64,000 nucleotides of DNA, from assembly GCA_963770835.1 (NCBI GenBank), contig CAVYRH010000020.1, forward strand, positions 23,213 to 87,212, in the 5' to 3' direction. Positions 37,678-50,394 of the stretch are shown in pieces (the stretch's first letter is position 1; the number at the start of each line of letters is the position of its first letter). The DNA comes from an uncultured Pseudomonadota bacterium. GTDB lineage: Bacteria > Oederibacteriota > Muellerivitia > Muellerivitales > Muellerivitaceae. A program made the position numbers and the translations under genes. Under the pieces are notes generated by a model, which was not told where the DNA came from, searched no databases, and was given only the letters and a program-made list of their open reading frames with translations.

Positions 37678-38121
37678 TTACTCCGGCTTTTTCTTTTTAA
37701 ATTCGTATTGGTCGTGGATCTTCAAGTCGAATCCCTCGATTTTGGGGGAAATCGGCAGTCCCCGGTAAATGGCCCGGCAGTTATAGCAAAGGACGATATC
37801 CCCGAGGCCGAAATAAAGGGCCGTGTCCAAAACCGCGAAAGCGACAAGAATTTCGATGAACCATTTGTTGAGAACCAGGGCCAGGACCACCATCAAAACG
37901 ATCAGCCAAAGCCCCAGTTTGGTGTTGAAGTCCTTCTGGCGATAAAACTCGGTGCAGCCGCAAATGCCACACTTTTGGAGGGCGCCTTGGGCGTCCAGTT
38001 CCCCGTTGCCGGTGGCTTCCCTTCCCTTGCCACAGCGCTTGCAGGGAATGGCTCCCGGCTTGGGCATCTCATAAAGGAAGATCCCGTTTTCGCACTCGGG
38101 GCAGAAAGTGTTGATCTCCAT
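37678..38121 (-). CDS. Multi-CxxC (zinc-ribbon) membrane protein
   Basis: ATG 38121 overlaps the upstream TAA; CPEC, CKRC, CGICGC and CYNC around a TM hairpin. Confidence 0.75.
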   Translation of the reverse strand: MEINTFCPECENGIFLYEMPKPGAIPCKRCGKGREATGNGELDAQGALQKCGICGCTEFYRQKDFNTKLGLWLIVLMVVLALVLNKWFIEILVAFAVLDTALYFGLGDIVLCYNCRAIYRGLPISPKIEGFDLKIHDQYEFKKKKPE

Positions 38122-38942
38122 TAAAAAGGAACTCCTGTCTGTAGAGTCAGGTAAAGGCCGGTGCCTTCTCCGATGATCGTGCAAACCATGGCGGCGTAAA
38201 GGATGCCCGTCGCGGACTGGGTGGACCGCATTTTCACCGTCACCCATATCCAATAGGCCATCCCTAGTGGCGCAACCAAACCCCAAACAACCCGGAAAAG
38301 CACAAAGATGATTTCTTGATTGATCAGGTAAAGATAGGAATTGGAGCGGCCGTCAAAAACATGCGCGAAAAACAAAACGCTAAAGGCAACCTTCACGGAA
38401 ATCCAGGCCGTGAGAAGGATATAAGCTCCCGCGTAACGCTTCAAGGGCGTTATGGAAAGTTTGGGTGTCACCAGGTACCAATGTCCCAGCATCATGGCCA
38501 GGATGCCCGCCCCCAATACCAGCGCGGAAGAAACGGCATAGAGGGAAAAGAACCAAAGAGGGTGGTATTCGCGGTTCACCCAGGGAAAATAAGCGAAAGC
38601 CTCCAGGCCGCTCAAGAATGCTAACGCGAAGCAAACCCATAAAAACCAACGAACCCGGACCTTTAAGGCGATGGTGAAACAAAGGGTGAAAAAGAGGGAC
38701 AAACCAAGGGCCCAGGAGGACTGCCGGAAGTTGCCTTCGAAATCCGGCCCGCTAAAGAGAGCCAATCCCAAGGCAAGGGTATCCAAGGTTACGCATAAAA
38801 AGCCGAAAAAGCGGTAAAAACCCTGCCCCACTTCCTGGAGTTTGACCAAGGGCAAAAGCGCGAGGCATCCCCAGGCCATGAATCCTAAATAAAGGAAGGC
38901 GATTTTGGAAACCACAGAACCCCCGGAATAAAAGAGGGCCAT
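38121..38942 (-). CDS. Polytopic membrane protein of unknown function
   Basis: About 8 TM helices; MMLGHWYLV and STQSATGILY motifs. Confidence 0.75.
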   Translation of the reverse strand: MALFYSGGSVVSKIAFLYLGFMAWGCLALLPLVKLQEVGQGFYRFFGFLCVTLDTLALGLALFSGPDFEGNFRQSSWALGLSLFFTLCFTIALKVRVRWFLWVCFALAFLSGLEAFAYFPWVNREYHPLWFFSLYAVSSALVLGAGILAMMLGHWYLVTPKLSITPLKRYAGAYILLTAWISVKVAFSVLFFAHVFDGRSNSYLYLINQEIIFVLFRVVWGLVAPLGMAYWIWVTVKMRSTQSATGILYAAMVCTIIGEGTGLYLTLQTGVPF

Positions 38943-38998
38943 TGTAGCAGGAGGCTGTCGGTTGTCAGCCCTTCAAAAGGCTTACTATTTAAAATGGA

Positions 38999-39433
38999 TT
39001 ATTTATTTTTTTGTTTTCTTTCGTGAAAGGCTTTCTGGAGTTCTTGGGCGACGGCAGGATTTTTCATCAGTATCTTCTCAAAATCCATCCGGTTGAGGAC
39101 AAACAAAATCGTGTCTTCTTCCGCTATCACCGTGGCGTTGCGCGGTTCATGGGAAATAAGGGCCATCTCGCCGAAAAACTGGTCGGGAAACAGTTCGGCC
39201 ACCTTGGTTTTGGAAAAGGCCTTTTTCACCCAAACGGATACCCGCCCCGTGGCAATAAGATAGAAAGAAAGTCCCGGGTCCCCTTGCCGGATGATGACTG
39301 CCCCCTTGGCCGCCTTTTGGGCCCGCATATGCCCGACCAAATCGTCCAACTCATGCATCTTCAGTGATTGAAAAAAATAAGTCTTATGCAGGATCTGGCT
39401 CAAGCGGGTGAAGCTGAAAGAATCGTCGGCCAC
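38999..39433 (-). CDS. Stand-alone cyclic-nucleotide-binding domain protein
   Basis: IIRQGDPG, FFGEMAL...PRNATV. Confidence 0.92.
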   Translation of the reverse strand: MADDSFSFTRLSQILHKTYFFQSLKMHELDDLVGHMRAQKAAKGAVIIRQGDPGLSFYLIATGRVSVWVKKAFSKTKVAELFPDQFFGEMALISHEPRNATVIAEEDTILFVLNRMDFEKILMKNPAVAQELQKAFHERKQKNK

Positions 39434-39499
39434 GTTTTCCTCCGAAAATTGGAATCTTGGGACTCACCGGTTAGGGGCGGATACGACTGACCGGCCCTA

Positions 39500-42400
39500 T
39501 CACTTCAAGACAATGACTTTACGGATGAGGTTTCCAGAAGGCTGTTCGCTAACGATGAAATAAACGGCGTTCCCTACGATGGCCCCAGAGCTGTTGCGCC
39601 CGTCCCAGCTAAAGCGGTAGTTCCCCGGGCTCATCTGTTGGTCCACCAGCTTCTCCACTTCCTCCCCGACGATGTTAAACACCACGATCTTCACCTCTCC
39701 TGCCTGGTCCACCCTCACATCCATCCCCAGTGGCCCGTTGTTGGGATTAAAGAAGTTCTGATCCAGGTAAAGGGCCGCGTTGGGCGTCGGCGTAGAGGTC
39801 ACCGAGCCCGTGGGGGTGTAAGTGTTGGTGATGGTGGGGGTGTTCGTAATGGTCGGCGTATAGGTAGTTGTGGGACTTAGGGTTGGCGTAAACGTGTAGG
39901 TCGGGGTGGAACTGTTGGTGGGCGTGGTGGTCGGTGTTGAAGTCGCGGTGGTGGTGGGCGTGTTGGTGGGAACCGGGGTGTTGGTGGAAGTGAAGGTAGA
40001 CGTGGCGGTGGCGGTATTCGTGGCGGTATACGTCGGAGTGCTGGAAGGTGTGGCCGTCAGGGTATTGGTGACCGTGGCCGTGGGAGTGTTCGTCTGGGTC
40101 GCAGTTGGAGTGGAAGTGAGCGTTTGAGTAGCGGTATTTGTCACCGTTGGCGAAGGTGTAGCCGAAGCGGTGGGCGTAGGCGACGACGTAGGGGTTGCCG
40201 TAGTCGAAGCCGTGGCCGTGTTGGTGGGAGTGCTCGATGGCGTAGCCGTCGGTGTATTGGTAGCCGTCAGGGTAGCGGTTTTGGTGGGCGTTTGGGTGGG
40301 TGTGCTCGTGCTGGTATTGGTGGCAGTGCTCGTAGCCGTGTTGGTCAATGTATTCGTGGTGGTAAAGGTTGCCGTATTTATCGGCGTATTGGTGGGGGTA
40401 TTGGTAGCTGTGTTGGTGAAAGTATTGACAGGCGTGGCGGTTGAAGTGCCCGTGGCTGTATTGGTTGCAGTATAAGTCGCAGTGCTCGTGGCAGTATTCG
40501 TGGCTGTGTTGGTAACCGTATTGGTAGGCGTATTCGTCGTTGTATTGGTGGCAGTGTTAGTGGCCGTGTTCGTCGGGGTATTGGTTGGCGTATTGGCGAA
40601 GGTGCTGGTGGGGGTAAAGGTAGCCGTGCTTGTGGGCGTGTTGGTGGGCGTAGAGGTAGTGGTACTCGTCGGAGTCTTTGTCGGAGTACTAATGGGTGTA
40701 TTGGTGAAGATCGGGGTATTGGTCGGAGTGCTCGTCGGAGTGCCAGTGGGTGTTAAAGTCGGTGTATTGGTGGACGTGTTCGTTGTTGTGTTGGTCGCGG
40801 AATTCGTCGGGGTATTCGTAGGGCTGTTGGTAGTGGTGCTTGTTGCAGTGTTAGTGGGTGTGTTGGTAGGCGTATTAGTGGCCGTATTCGTAGGCGTATT
40901 GGTTGCCGTCAACGTAGCCGTGTTTGTCGGCGTCAGGGTTGCCGTATTGGTAGGAGTCAGCGTCGCAGTGAAGGTCGGGGTGCAGGTGGGGGTATAGGTG
41001 GGAGTCAAAGTAGGCGTATTGGTGGTGGTATTAGTAGGCATGTTCGTCGTGGTGTTGGTGGCCGTCAACGTAGCCGTGTTTGTTGGCGTCAACGTTGGCG
41101 TATTCGTGGCTGTGTTCGTAGGGGTATTGGTGGCAGAGTAGGTTGGCGTATTTGTGGCCGTGCTGGTGGGGGTTTGTGTCGCCGTGAAAGTTGCTGTGTT
41201 TGTCGGTGTGCTGGTAGCCGTGCTGGTAAAACAACTGATGGGCAGGGTCACGGGGTTCGAAAGCAGGATCGAAGTGTTGTTCGCCCCGATGGCGGCTTGA
41301 TTGATAGCCGAGGCGCAGGAACCCGACACCGTCGTGGCAATGGAATAACTGTTTTGCCCGCCCACCAGGGTGCCGGGGAAGCTCCAGGAAACCAGGGATC
41401 CGGACACATAGGGTGCCGCGGGCGAGGAACTCACATAAGTAAGCCCCGTGGGTAGGGTGTCGCTGATCATCATGCTCACGGCCCCGTTGGCGCTGTAGAT
41501 CTGAAGGTCATTGCAACCGCTGGGGCCCCCCGCGGCCTGCCACCCCACGTGGTAAGTATTGGTAAGGGGTACCGGTGAATTGTCAGTGAAGGTCACAGCC
41601 CAGTTGGGAGGAACGGCCCCTCCGAAAGGCCAAGTCTTGAGGAAGATGGTCACGCTGGATGCGTTTCCGTTGATCGAAGCCTCCACCGTGTACCAATTTC
41701 CCGCCAGGATGGAAACCGGCAGGGTGCTCGCGCCATTGTTGACCGTGGCCAGGGTGGTAGGTTGGTAGTTGTTGTACCGTAGAAGGTACAGGTTGCCAGG
41801 GCTGGCGGCGGCCGACAAACCAACGGCATAACCGTTGTTGTTGGTGGTATCCCAAGCCGGGATCAGGACCGCATAAGGATTGGGGACATTCGTGGGATCC
41901 AGGTAAAGGTCCCCCACCACCGAGTAATTATTGCTCTGCAAGGTCATGGTGGGCACGCTTCTCAACAGGAGAGGTGTGCTTCCCAGGCCGTTCACCCCGA
42001 TGTAATGGTCAAACCCCAGCGAAGCGGTGCTGATCGTCCAAGTCCCCAAAAGGGCGGAACCCGTCCAAGTAAAAGCGTTGTAAGGGGTTGTGTCATAGCC
42101 CGTCACCACGGTTGTTCCTACTGTGTCGTAATTGTAGGTGTCGAAAGTGGTCAAGGCTTCTCCCTGCAGGTTCCAGTTCAACGTATAGGTGACTGCGTCG
42201 CCGGGGTTAGCCGTGGTTTCCGATTCGGTCTTAGCGAGGGCCAAAATCGGCCCTATGGTGGCGGTGGAGGTGTTGCCGTCAATGATGCTGGCCCCCGCGG
42301 TCAAGGTACAGGCGCTTTGGATCTGGGTCCCTACCGATAGGCCTGTGTTGACCCTCACCAGCATGTAAACCGACCCCGTTTGCTCGTAAAGTGAACTGGG

Positions 42401-45400
42401 AAGGATCCAGGTGACAGCGCTGCCCGAGCCGCTTTCCGTTCCCGGGGGGCCTGCTTCCAACAGGGTGGTGTTCGGGGGGACAGAGCTGGTAATGGTGACG
42501 CCGACCACGCCCGTATTGCCGTAGTTATAAACACCCCGGAACATCAACAGCCCGCCTGGCTGGGCGGAAGCATTGGCCACGGTGTCGTTAAGGCTGTAAT
42601 TGGCCGCCGTCGGAATCGTGGGCGTCACGGTCGGGGTATTGGTCGTGGTCTGGGTGGGGGAACTGGTGGCTGAACTCGTAGGGGTAGAGGTGGCGGTGAG
42701 CGTGAGTGTTGGGGTGGGAGTGGAAGTAGGAGTTAAAGTGGACGTGCTGGTCGGCGTATTGGTAGGTCCGCAGCCCGCAGCCACAATTTCGATGGCCAAA
42801 CCTTCCCAGGTGGAACTTCCGAAAGTGTAGCCCATGGAATAGGTGCCGGCGGGGCCAACTGGTTTGTCGTCTCCCAATGCGGTCCAACCGCCGTAATTTT
42901 CGGTCCATCGTTGCGTTTGACCCGTGGCCAGGGTAACCGGGCTAAGGAAATAGAAATTAAATAGGTCCGCAATAGTGCTGTCGTTCTGGAGGGTAGTGAG
43001 GTTCACCGCCGCATTGGTGGAAGCGGTGGCGCTGGAAACGAAATTGACGGCCCCGGTCCCGGAAGCTCCCGAATAAACGATGGCGCCTGCGTAAGGACTG
43101 CCCCCGCTTCCGGAGGCTTGGACTGTTACGGCAGCCGTGCCGATGGCTGGGTTGATCAATTTCCAAACTTCATGGTCGAATCCATTCGCGGAATTGCGTT
43201 GAACCAGGCTTAATGCGGAGGACCCATAAGAAACGGCAGTTACGGTCGCGGAACTGGTTTGCAAAATAACTTGGACCAAAAGCAATGGGTTGACGCCGCT
43301 GACCGAAACCCCGGTGATTGTCACGGTGGAACCGCTGGGGGCGTAGGTGGCGACGGCGAACACTTCGGAAGCAATCCCACAAGAGGTGGCGGTGGGAGTG
43401 GCGGTCGGCGTGGTCGTCGACGTATTGATGGGCGTGGGGGTTTTCGTCGGGGTGTTGGTGAAAGTGCTGGTGGCCGTCAATTGGGCGCAGGGCCAGACCT
43501 TGCGGACGCTCCCGTTGGTGTTGTCGGCGAAATACATGTAACCGTTGCCGTCGAAGATGACCCCTTCGGGCCCGGAAATATCCGCTGAGGTAGAGGGTCC
43601 GCCGTTGCCCGTATACCCAGGGGTACCCGTTCCCACAACGGTATTAATGATGCCGTTGGCGATCGTCACCACGCGGACGCGGTTGTTGCTGTAGTCCCCG
43701 ATATAAAAATTGCCGCCGGCGTCCAAGGCCACCCCGGACGGCAGGCTCAATTCCGCCGAAGTTGCGACGATTCCGTCCCCGTTGTAGCCCGCCCCCAATG
43801 TGCTACCCGCGACCGTATTGATGGTCGTCGAGCTGATGGTCACGGCCCGGATACGGCTGTTAGTGGTATCCGCGATATAGAGGATTCCCCGGCTGTTGTC
43901 GACCGCCATGGCAGTGGGCCCGAAAAGGGTAGCCGAGGCCGCGGGGCCGCCGTCCCCGCCGAAACCAATGGCTCCGGTCCCCGCGTAGGTGGTGATGGTG
44001 CCGTTGGGCGCGACCTTCCGGATCCGACAGCCGGAAAACTCCGAAATATATAGGTTTCCGCTGCTGTCGAAAACAACGCCCGAAGGGCCGTTCACTTCCG
44101 CCGAAGTGCAGGGGCCGTTGTCCCCAGTGGAGGCTCCCGTGCCATTGCCGACGAGGGTATAAATGTCCCCGGCCGATCCCGACACCCCGAAGGCCGATCC
44201 GCCGCTATTGAACACGATCCGGACGCGGTTATTCCCGTAATCCGCGATATAAAGGTTCCCACTGCCGTCAAAAGCAACGCCTTCGCAATCATTCAGCTTG
44301 GCCGAGGTAGCCAGTCCGCCGTCGCCAGAGTAACCGGTTACCGAGTTGCTTCCCGCCACCGTGTAGATATCCCCGACTGTCCCCCCAACACCAAAGACTG
44401 GCCCCGCCGTGTTAAGGATCACCCGGACGCGATTGTTGTTGGAATCCCCAATATAGAGGTTTCCGCTGGCGTCGTAGGCGAATCCTGAGGGGCCTTTCAG
44501 CTGGGCCGAAGCCACGGGTCCGCCGTCACCGGCATAACCCGGCGTCCCGTTGCCAGCCAAGGCGGAGATGCACAGGGGTGGCGTGGATGTGAAGGTTGCG
44601 GTGTTGGTGGCAGTGGGCGTCTTGGTCGGCGTCCCGGTGAGGGTGCTGGTGGGTGAATTGGTGGGGGTCTTCGTGGACGTGCCCGAGGGGGTGGGGGTTG
44701 GCGTCTTGGTGGGGGTTCCGGTGGAGGTCGGAGTTATCGCATTGAAGACGAGTGACCGGTTGTTGTTGGCGTCGACCACGAAAAGATTGGAGCCGTTGAG
44801 ATAAAGCCCGGCGGGAGAGAAAAATCCCTGGGAATTCGTGGAGGCTAGACCGTCATTGGCATTGCTTCCCGTCATGCTCGACTGGCCCAGGACCACCAAG
44901 GCGCTGGCGTTCTTTGTGGGAAGGCCGCTGACGGGACTGTAGATCATCAGCCGGTTATTGAGTTGGTCGGTAACGTAGAGCCCGGTGGAATCGCTGTAAA
45001 CCCCCGTGGGAAGATCGTTGGTGAAAATATTCAGAGTGGTCACCGCGGCGGCGGATGAGCCGGCCGTAGTGAAGTTCTTCTGCCCCACTTCAATGCCGGC
45101 GGCCGTATCGCTGGCGGTGGGGATCCCAGTCCAGATCATCACCCGGTTGTCGCCGGAGTCCCCAACGACCAAGTAGGTCCCGTCAAAACATACTCCGGTC
45201 GGGGCGTAAAGGGTGTTGGCGGAGGTCATGGTATACCCGGTGCTGGCATCATTCATGGAAGTTTCCCCTAATTCGACGGCGGCATTGGCGTTGGCGGTCA
45301 CGGCGGCGTTCTCATAAACCAAAACCCGGTTGTTGCCAAAGTCCCCCACGATGATCGTGGTCCCGCTGCTGTCGGCCCAAACCCCTTTGGGGTTCCACAT

Positions 45401-47026
45401 GGTTTGGGCAGTCAACGTCGTGGCACCGGTCAATCCCTGGTTGTCCAAACCGCTGACGAAGTCGGGCTGGCCCAGGACCGTATTGGCCGCCGCCCCGCTG
45501 GAAGTGGGAATAGAACTGTAAATGAGAACCCGGTTATTAAGGGTATCGGCCACATAAAGCCGCGTACCATCGCTATAAGCCCCCTCCGGGTTGTCCATTT
45601 GCGTCACGCTTAAACCCGAACTGTTGTAGGTAAAATTGGGTTGGCCCACCACCACGCTGGGCTGGGCGTAGTTGGTAACAGGCACGCCGTTGTAGATGAG
45701 AACCCGGTTGTTGTAGGTGTCCGCGAGAATAACATTGTTATTGGAATCCACCATGATGCTGCCTGGGAACCACTGTTCCAGCGATTGCCCGTTGGGGGTG
45801 CTGCCGGTCATGTCAGTCTGTCCCATCTCGATGTTGGCGGGAGCGTCATTGGTGACGGGGACACTGTTATAAATGAGGACCCGGTTGTTATAGCTGTCCG
45901 CAATGGCTATGGTGGTTCCACCACTCCAAACGCCGAAGGGTGTATTCAGTTCATTCGCATCTACGCTGGTGGAACCCTGGTTCGGTTGGTCCCCGGCCAT
46001 GGAGGTTTGACCCACGACGACATTCGCGGGGGCTCCGCTGGTGACGGGTATGCTGTTATAGATGAGCACGCGGTTGTTTCCCAAATCGGCGATATAAAGG
46101 CTGACCCCGTCGCTGGCAACACCCTCGGGTATGCTGAGGGACTCGTTGGTGGGGGGAATGGCGGCCGAGCTGGAGGTCATGTTGGCCTGGCCGACGGCCA
46201 CAACGGCGGCCTGCCCAAATTGGGTGGTCAGGGGAAGGTTGTAAAGCAAAACCCGGCTGTTGCTGGCGTCACACACCACCAGAGTGGTTCCCGCAACGCA
46301 AACAGCCGTTGGAAAATCCAGTGAATTGGCTGAAACTCCCCCCGTGTTGGGCGTTCCCACCGTGAAGGAAGCCTGCCCCAAAACCGTGGCCGCGTTCCCG
46401 TTAATGGTCGGAGAAAGATTGTAAACCAGCGCCCGGTTGTTGCCCGTGTCGGCCACATAGAGTTGGGTTCCCGAAACCCAGACTCCCCTTGGCGTGTTGA
46501 GACCAGCCTGGGAAGCAGCTGTAACCGCAGCCGTGAACCCGGATTGCCCCAACACCAAGCTGGCGCCCGCATTGTTTCCCGAGGGTATGGGGTTATAGAT
46601 TAAAACCCGGTTGTTACCTGTATCCGCCACGTAGAGTTTGCTCCCGTCGCTATAAACCCCGAAGGGGCCGCTCAGGGTTTGGCTGGTGGGTGCTGCCAGC
46701 CCCTGGTTGGCGATAAAAGAGGAAAAGTTCGATTGTCCGATCACAAAATTGGCCGGGGTATTGTTGGTGACGGGCATCCCGTTGTAGATCAAAACCCGGG
46801 AGTTGACGTAATCGGCAACATAAAAATTGGTGCCGTCGTAATCGACGGCGACCGGGTTGTAAAGGCCGTTGGCGCCGGGAACGGAATCGTTGGGATTACT
46901 TGAAGTGAAGACCTGGTGGCCAATGACCAAAGTGGCGGATTGGTTGGTGGTAAAAGCCGTCAACAGGCCGGCCAGGCCCAGGATCATTCCACCTAAAAAA
47001 AATCGATAATGGCGCTTCAAGACCAA
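39500..47026 (-). CDS. Giant secreted surface protein (2508 aa): NHL beta-propellers, beta-sandwich/DUF11-like domains, long Thr/Pro linker, FlgD-Ig/T9SS-CTD-like tail
   Basis: Signal peptide; repeated [14 protein letters not shown]; teneurin-like GYAGDGGP repeats; long TPTNT repeat region; C-terminus LDQNFFNP...WDGRN...IRKVIVLK. Confidence 0.88.
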   Translation of the reverse strand: MVLKRHYRFFLGGMILGLAGLLTAFTTNQSATLVIGHQVFTSSNPNDSVPGANGLYNPVAVDYDGTNFYVADYVNSRVLIYNGMPVTNNTPANFVIGQSNFSSFIANQGLAAPTSQTLSGPFGVYSDGSKLYVADTGNNRVLIYNPIPSGNNAGASLVLGQSGFTAAVTAASQAGLNTPRGVWVSGTQLYVADTGNNRALVYNLSPTINGNAATVLGQASFTVGTPNTGGVSANSLDFPTAVCVAGTTLVVCDASNSRVLLYNLPLTTQFGQAAVVAVGQANMTSSSAAIPPTNESLSIPEGVASDGVSLYIADLGNNRVLIYNSIPVTSGAPANVVVGQTSMAGDQPNQGSTSVDANELNTPFGVWSGGTTIAIADSYNNRVLIYNSVPVTNDAPANIEMGQTDMTGSTPNGQSLEQWFPGSIMVDSNNNVILADTYNNRVLIYNGVPVTNYAQPSVVVGQPNFTYNSSGLSVTQMDNPEGAYSDGTRLYVADTLNNRVLIYSSIPTSSGAAANTVLGQPDFVSGLDNQGLTGATTLTAQTMWNPKGVWADSSGTTIIVGDFGNNRVLVYENAAVTANANAAVELGETSMNDASTGYTMTSANTLYAPTGVCFDGTYLVVGDSGDNRVMIWTGIPTASDTAAGIEVGQKNFTTAGSSAAAVTTLNIFTNDLPTGVYSDSTGLYVTDQLNNRLMIYSPVSGLPTKNASALVVLGQSSMTGSNANDGLASTNSQGFFSPAGLYLNGSNLFVVDANNNRSLVFNAITPTSTGTPTKTPTPTPSGTSTKTPTNSPTSTLTGTPTKTPTATNTATFTSTPPLCISALAGNGTPGYAGDGGPVASAQLKGPSGFAYDASGNLYIGDSNNNRVRVILNTAGPVFGVGGTVGDIYTVAGSNSVTGYSGDGGLATSAKLNDCEGVAFDGSGNLYIADYGNNRVRIVFNSGGSAFGVSGSAGDIYTLVGNGTGASTGDNGPCTSAEVNGPSGVVFDSSGNLYISEFSGCRIRKVAPNGTITTYAGTGAIGFGGDGGPAASATLFGPTAMAVDNSRGILYIADTTNSRIRAVTISSTTINTVAGSTLGAGYNGDGIVATSAELSLPSGVALDAGGNFYIGDYSNNRVRVVTIANGIINTVVGTGTPGYTGNGGPSTSADISGPEGVIFDGNGYMYFADNTNGSVRKVWPCAQLTATSTFTNTPTKTPTPINTSTTTPTATPTATSCGIASEVFAVATYAPSGSTVTITGVSVSGVNPLLLVQVILQTSSATVTAVSYGSSALSLVQRNSANGFDHEVWKLINPAIGTAAVTVQASGSGGSPYAGAIVYSGASGTGAVNFVSSATASTNAAVNLTTLQNDSTIADLFNFYFLSPVTLATGQTQRWTENYGGWTALGDDKPVGPAGTYSMGYTFGSSTWEGLAIEIVAAGCGPTNTPTSTSTLTPTSTPTPTLTLTATSTPTSSATSSPTQTTTNTPTVTPTIPTAANYSLNDTVANASAQPGGLLMFRGVYNYGNTGVVGVTITSSVPPNTTLLEAGPPGTESGSGSAVTWILPSSLYEQTGSVYMLVRVNTGLSVGTQIQSACTLTAGASIIDGNTSTATIGPILALAKTESETTANPGDAVTYTLNWNLQGEALTTFDTYNYDTVGTTVVTGYDTTPYNAFTWTGSALLGTWTISTASLGFDHYIGVNGLGSTPLLLRSVPTMTLQSNNYSVVGDLYLDPTNVPNPYAVLIPAWDTTNNNGYAVGLSAAASPGNLYLLRYNNYQPTTLATVNNGASTLPVSILAGNWYTVEASINGNASSVTIFLKTWPFGGAVPPNWAVTFTDNSPVPLTNTYHVGWQAAGGPSGCNDLQIYSANGAVSMMISDTLPTGLTYVSSSPAAPYVSGSLVSWSFPGTLVGGQNSYSIATTVSGSCASAINQAAIGANNTSILLSNPVTLPISCFTSTATSTPTNTATFTATQTPTSTATNTPTYSATNTPTNTATNTPTLTPTNTATLTATNTTTNMPTNTTTNTPTLTPTYTPTCTPTFTATLTPTNTATLTPTNTATLTATNTPTNTATNTPTNTPTNTATSTTTNSPTNTPTNSATNTTTNTSTNTPTLTPTGTPTSTPTNTPIFTNTPISTPTKTPTSTTTSTPTNTPTSTATFTPTSTFANTPTNTPTNTATNTATNTTTNTPTNTVTNTATNTATSTATYTATNTATGTSTATPVNTFTNTATNTPTNTPINTATFTTTNTLTNTATSTATNTSTSTPTQTPTKTATLTATNTPTATPSSTPTNTATASTTATPTSSPTPTASATPSPTVTNTATQTLTSTPTATQTNTPTATVTNTLTATPSSTPTYTATNTATATSTFTSTNTPVPTNTPTTTATSTPTTTPTNSSTPTYTFTPTLSPTTTYTPTITNTPTITNTYTPTGSVTSTPTPNAALYLDQNFFNPNNGPLGMDVRVDQAGEVKIVVFNIVGEEVEKLVDQQMSPGNYRFSWDGRNSSGAIVGNAVYFIVSEQPSGNLIRKVIVLK

Positions 47027-47283
47027 GTGTTCTCACCTTCAGGCAGGGGTTGGAACCCCTTCCTTGGGAAAAAATGCGGATGAATTAAACGATTTGTGAG
47101 TCTTTTTTGGTAGGCAAACCAAAGGAGCGGCACGAATAAGAAACCCGGCGGTCACGACGGGCCCGACGGCGAATGGAAGCCGCTTAAAATGGATAAACGA
47201 GATGTTAATTTTACCGCTAAAGCGATTGACTCACAACAACTCGGGCCTTTGAAAATGGCTTAAAACAAAGGATTTTTAGCTCA

Positions 47284-47958
47284 TTACCGAGGAGAATTTT
47301 TGGCTTTGGACAATTTTTGTATTTTTGCCTCAATGCCGCCGATTTTTTTCAAGTAGTGGGCCTGGATATAAAACCTCTCAACGTTCTTGAGGATAAAGAG
47401 GGCGCCCCCTACGGGGTCTTGGCTGTAACGGGAGACCTCTTGGGGTGTGGCGAATTGGACCGCCTTGTCTAATTCCAGGAATCCACCCCCCGGATTAGCC
47501 CCCTGGAAATAACTGAAGCCCAGGCGCATGTGAAGTTCGGCGTTGCGCGGGTCTTCCCGAAGAAGCTCCGTGAGAACCGCTTCGCCCTTTTGGTTCCAAT
47601 CCCGCCGGTTGGGACTGGAAGCCAAAGCGGTGGGATCGGTGTAAAGAATGGCTTGGTCGAGCTTGATCTGGCGGGCCAAGCCTCCTTCCGGATTCGAAGC
47701 CATAGCTTTCGAATATTCTTTTTCCGCCCCCCCGTAATCCTTTGAGCAGTAAAGGACATATCCAAGGTTGTTGTGGTAAGCCGGGTTGCTCCCGTCGAGG
47801 AAAACCGCCCTCGCGAACCATTTTTGGGCGCCAGCCAAATCGTTTTTTTGGAAATAAGTCCCGGCCTTTTGGTTGCAATGGTCGGCCAGGGGGCCGCAGC
47901 CCCCAAGAATCCAGGCCAGGAAAAACAAGGATAAGAAAAAGCGCAAAGTTTTTTCCAA
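47284..47958 (-). CDS. TPR lipoprotein
   Basis: Lipobox LGGC; YHNNLGYVLY TPR motif. Confidence 0.75.
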   Translation of the reverse strand: MEKTLRFFLSLFFLAWILGGCGPLADHCNQKAGTYFQKNDLAGAQKWFARAVFLDGSNPAYHNNLGYVLYCSKDYGGAEKEYSKAMASNPEGGLARQIKLDQAILYTDPTALASSPNRRDWNQKGEAVLTELLREDPRNAELHMRLGFSYFQGANPGGGFLELDKAVQFATPQEVSRYSQDPVGGALFILKNVERFYIQAHYLKKIGGIEAKIQKLSKAKNSPR

Positions 47959-47970
47959 TGGACGGCGGGA

Positions 47971-50142
47971 TTACTTCAAGAGAATGACTTTTCGAACCAT
48001 ATTTCCGGAAGGCTGTTCAACCACAATAAAATAAACGGCGTTTCCCACCATGGTGCCGCCGCTGTTTTTCCCGTTCCAAAAGACCCGGTAATTCCCCACG
48101 CCCATGTTTTGGTCCAGGAGTTTCGCCACTTCTTCCCCTACCACGTTGAATACGACCACTTTCACTTCCCCTGGCTTATCCACCCTTAAATCCATTCCTA
48201 AGGACTGTTGGGTGGGGTTGAAGAAATTTTGGTCGAGGTAAAGCGCCGCGTTGGGTGTGGGGGTGGAGGTCACCGAACCCGTGGGGGTGTAGGTATTGGT
48301 GATGGTTGGCGTGTTGGTAATGGTGGGCGAGTAAGTGAAGGTTGGGCTCAAGGTCGGCGTGAAGGTATGGGTGTAGGTGAATGTGGCCGTGGGCGTAGTG
48401 GTTGGTGTGGAAGAGGCTGTGGCGGTAAAGGTGCTTGTAGGCAAGGGGGTGTTGGTTTGGGTGGCGCTGGGGGTGGCCGTAGCCGTATTCGTTAGGGTCA
48501 TGGTGGGAGTGTTGGAATTGGTGGCGGTGGGCGTCAAGGTAGCCGTGGCCGTCAAAGTATAGGTATTGGTGGCGGTATTGACCGGACTATTGGTGGGCGT
48601 GCCAGTAGGGCTGTTGGTCGGCGTCGAAGTTGTTGTTTTAGTCGGGGTAAATGTGGCGGTTGGGGTCGGGGTGCTGGTGGGGGAATTGGTTTCCGTATAA
48701 GTAGGGGTGGCGGAAGGAGTGGGAGTCGGGGTTTTAGTGGCGGTCAGGGTGGGGGTGGGGGTGGCCGTAGCGGTGGGGGAGTCGGTGGGGGTGGCAGTGG
48801 GGGTATTGGTGGCGGTATTCGTGGCCGTTTTCGTGGGAGTGGAAGTGTCGGTGTTGCTGGGTGTTTGGGTCGGGGTATTGGTGGGGGTCAAGGTCGGGGA
48901 ATTAGTGGCGGTCAAGGTGGGGGTTTTAGTGGGTGTGAGGGTGGCCGTATTGGTCGGGGTGGAGGTTGCCGTCCAGGTGGGCGTATAGGTCACCACTGGG
49001 CAGTAGGCCGCGAAAATCTCGTCGTTTTGCTGGTTGTATCCGGTAGGTGAAAAACTTGTGGGAAACCCCGAGGACCAAGGAGCCCCCAATAGGTAGACTT
49101 CGGTATTGGTCGAGGATGAATTATAGGTGGCTTGCACCGAATTTTGGGTGGTCTCCATATAAACGAGCCAATAGCTGCCGGGATTTAACACCGTGGCCGG
49201 GACCGAAATGGTATTGAGGCCGCCGAAGCATTGTTGGGCCGCGGACTGGACAATAAGGTTTCCGACCTGCCCCGAATTGTCGGTGTAAATGGCGTACCGG
49301 ATTTGGGTGGAGGGATCGGGTGTAAAGTTGGCGGTAAGGGAGGTGAGGGTGGCGGCCTCGCTCAGGTTGTAAAGGCTTCCGTGCAATTGCAGGTTTCCAT
49401 CGGGAATGGAATTGCTTCCGCTCGCGTTGCCGAAGGTTCCGAAGGCCGGTGCGCAGGGCGGGGTATCCGTGGGGTTGGGGGTGAAGGTATTGAGGGGCGT
49501 CGGGGTCGACGTTATAGTTGGAGTGGCTGTGGGGAGGGGTGATATTTGGCAGCCCAGGGCGGCCAATTCCGGCCCGATAGCCCCCGCCGAATTAATGCCG
49601 GTGGCCGGGTTGGGCATATCACTGTTGGTATATACGGCCGTCACGGCTTCCCCGTTGGTCGAGCTTAAAACCAACTCAGTCGTGCTGGAAGAATTGCAGC
49701 CGATGGCCAGCCACATATTGCCGGCGTTGAAGCTGACGGGGCCGATGGCGATGGTTTGGGGAGTGGCGGACCCGTTGCTCGGATCATTAAAGGGAGCCGA
49801 AGCCAAAAGAGTGGTCGGCGCCGCACCGAATCCGTTATCGTCATAAATTCCCAATTCCAAATTGGGGTTGGGGATATTGTTATCCGTATTGTAAACCTGA
49901 ATGGCCGTGACCGACATGGCCGCCGGAAAAGGAACCAGTATGTAATAGGTGTTAACCACTTCACTATTGGAAAAGGAACCGTACATGGGAACCGCGGTAT
50001 AGCCTACTGCACTGCAGGTTTGGGCTTGGGTAACGGAAGGCAGGACCGAAAAGGCCGCCAGCACAATCGTGGCGAAAAGGCCAGGAAGCTTGGACCTCTT
50101 CGTTGACCTTTGGAGGCTATGGATGATGGCTTGGCGAAGCAA
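47971..50142 (-). CDS. Secreted Thr/Pro-linker protein (723 aa) with two beta-rich modules and the shared CTD
   Basis: Signal peptide ending AQT; PT repeats; C-terminus LDQNFFNP...VRKVILLK. Confidence 0.85.
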   Translation of the reverse strand: MLRQAIIHSLQRSTKRSKLPGLFATIVLAAFSVLPSVTQAQTCSAVGYTAVPMYGSFSNSEVVNTYYILVPFPAAMSVTAIQVYNTDNNIPNPNLELGIYDDNGFGAAPTTLLASAPFNDPSNGSATPQTIAIGPVSFNAGNMWLAIGCNSSSTTELVLSSTNGEAVTAVYTNSDMPNPATGINSAGAIGPELAALGCQISPLPTATPTITSTPTPLNTFTPNPTDTPPCAPAFGTFGNASGSNSIPDGNLQLHGSLYNLSEAATLTSLTANFTPDPSTQIRYAIYTDNSGQVGNLIVQSAAQQCFGGLNTISVPATVLNPGSYWLVYMETTQNSVQATYNSSSTNTEVYLLGAPWSSGFPTSFSPTGYNQQNDEIFAAYCPVVTYTPTWTATSTPTNTATLTPTKTPTLTATNSPTLTPTNTPTQTPSNTDTSTPTKTATNTATNTPTATPTDSPTATATPTPTLTATKTPTPTPSATPTYTETNSPTSTPTPTATFTPTKTTTSTPTNSPTGTPTNSPVNTATNTYTLTATATLTPTATNSNTPTMTLTNTATATPSATQTNTPLPTSTFTATASSTPTTTPTATFTYTHTFTPTLSPTFTYSPTITNTPTITNTYTPTGSVTSTPTPNAALYLDQNFFNPTQQSLGMDLRVDKPGEVKVVVFNVVGEEVAKLLDQNMGVGNYRVFWNGKNSGGTMVGNAVYFIVVEQPSGNMVRKVILLK

Positions 50143-50394
50143 GAAGGCCTATGTCCAGTGGAATGGATTTGCTTCAAAGTCAATCCCAGGTTTTGCTTTA
50201 AAGCACGATAAGTTTAATCCCTTAACTTCAAGCCGTCAAACCACGCAAATTTACGGTCAGTTACAAAGCCCCACCTTCGGATATTTATTCATGGTTCGAC
50301 GCTTACCTATCTCATAACACCGTAACGGTATAAACGAGTTTTTAACACTCTCTTAACCTATAAGATCGATTTTAAGCATTGAACCATTGCTGGG

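Noticed and set aside
39780..41230. Repetitive DNA as a possible CRISPR array
   Set aside because: Degenerate in-frame coding repeats; no constant repeat with unique spacers and no cas genes.
47100..47185. GGCAAACC as a c-di-GMP-I riboswitch upstream of the 2508-aa gene
   Set aside because: It is on the opposite strand to the gene and lacks the GAAA loop and GCAAAG elements.
50342..50357. TTAAC-N6-TTAAC direct repeat as an OmpR/PhoB box
   Set aside because: A single short pair in AT-rich DNA; could easily arise by chance.
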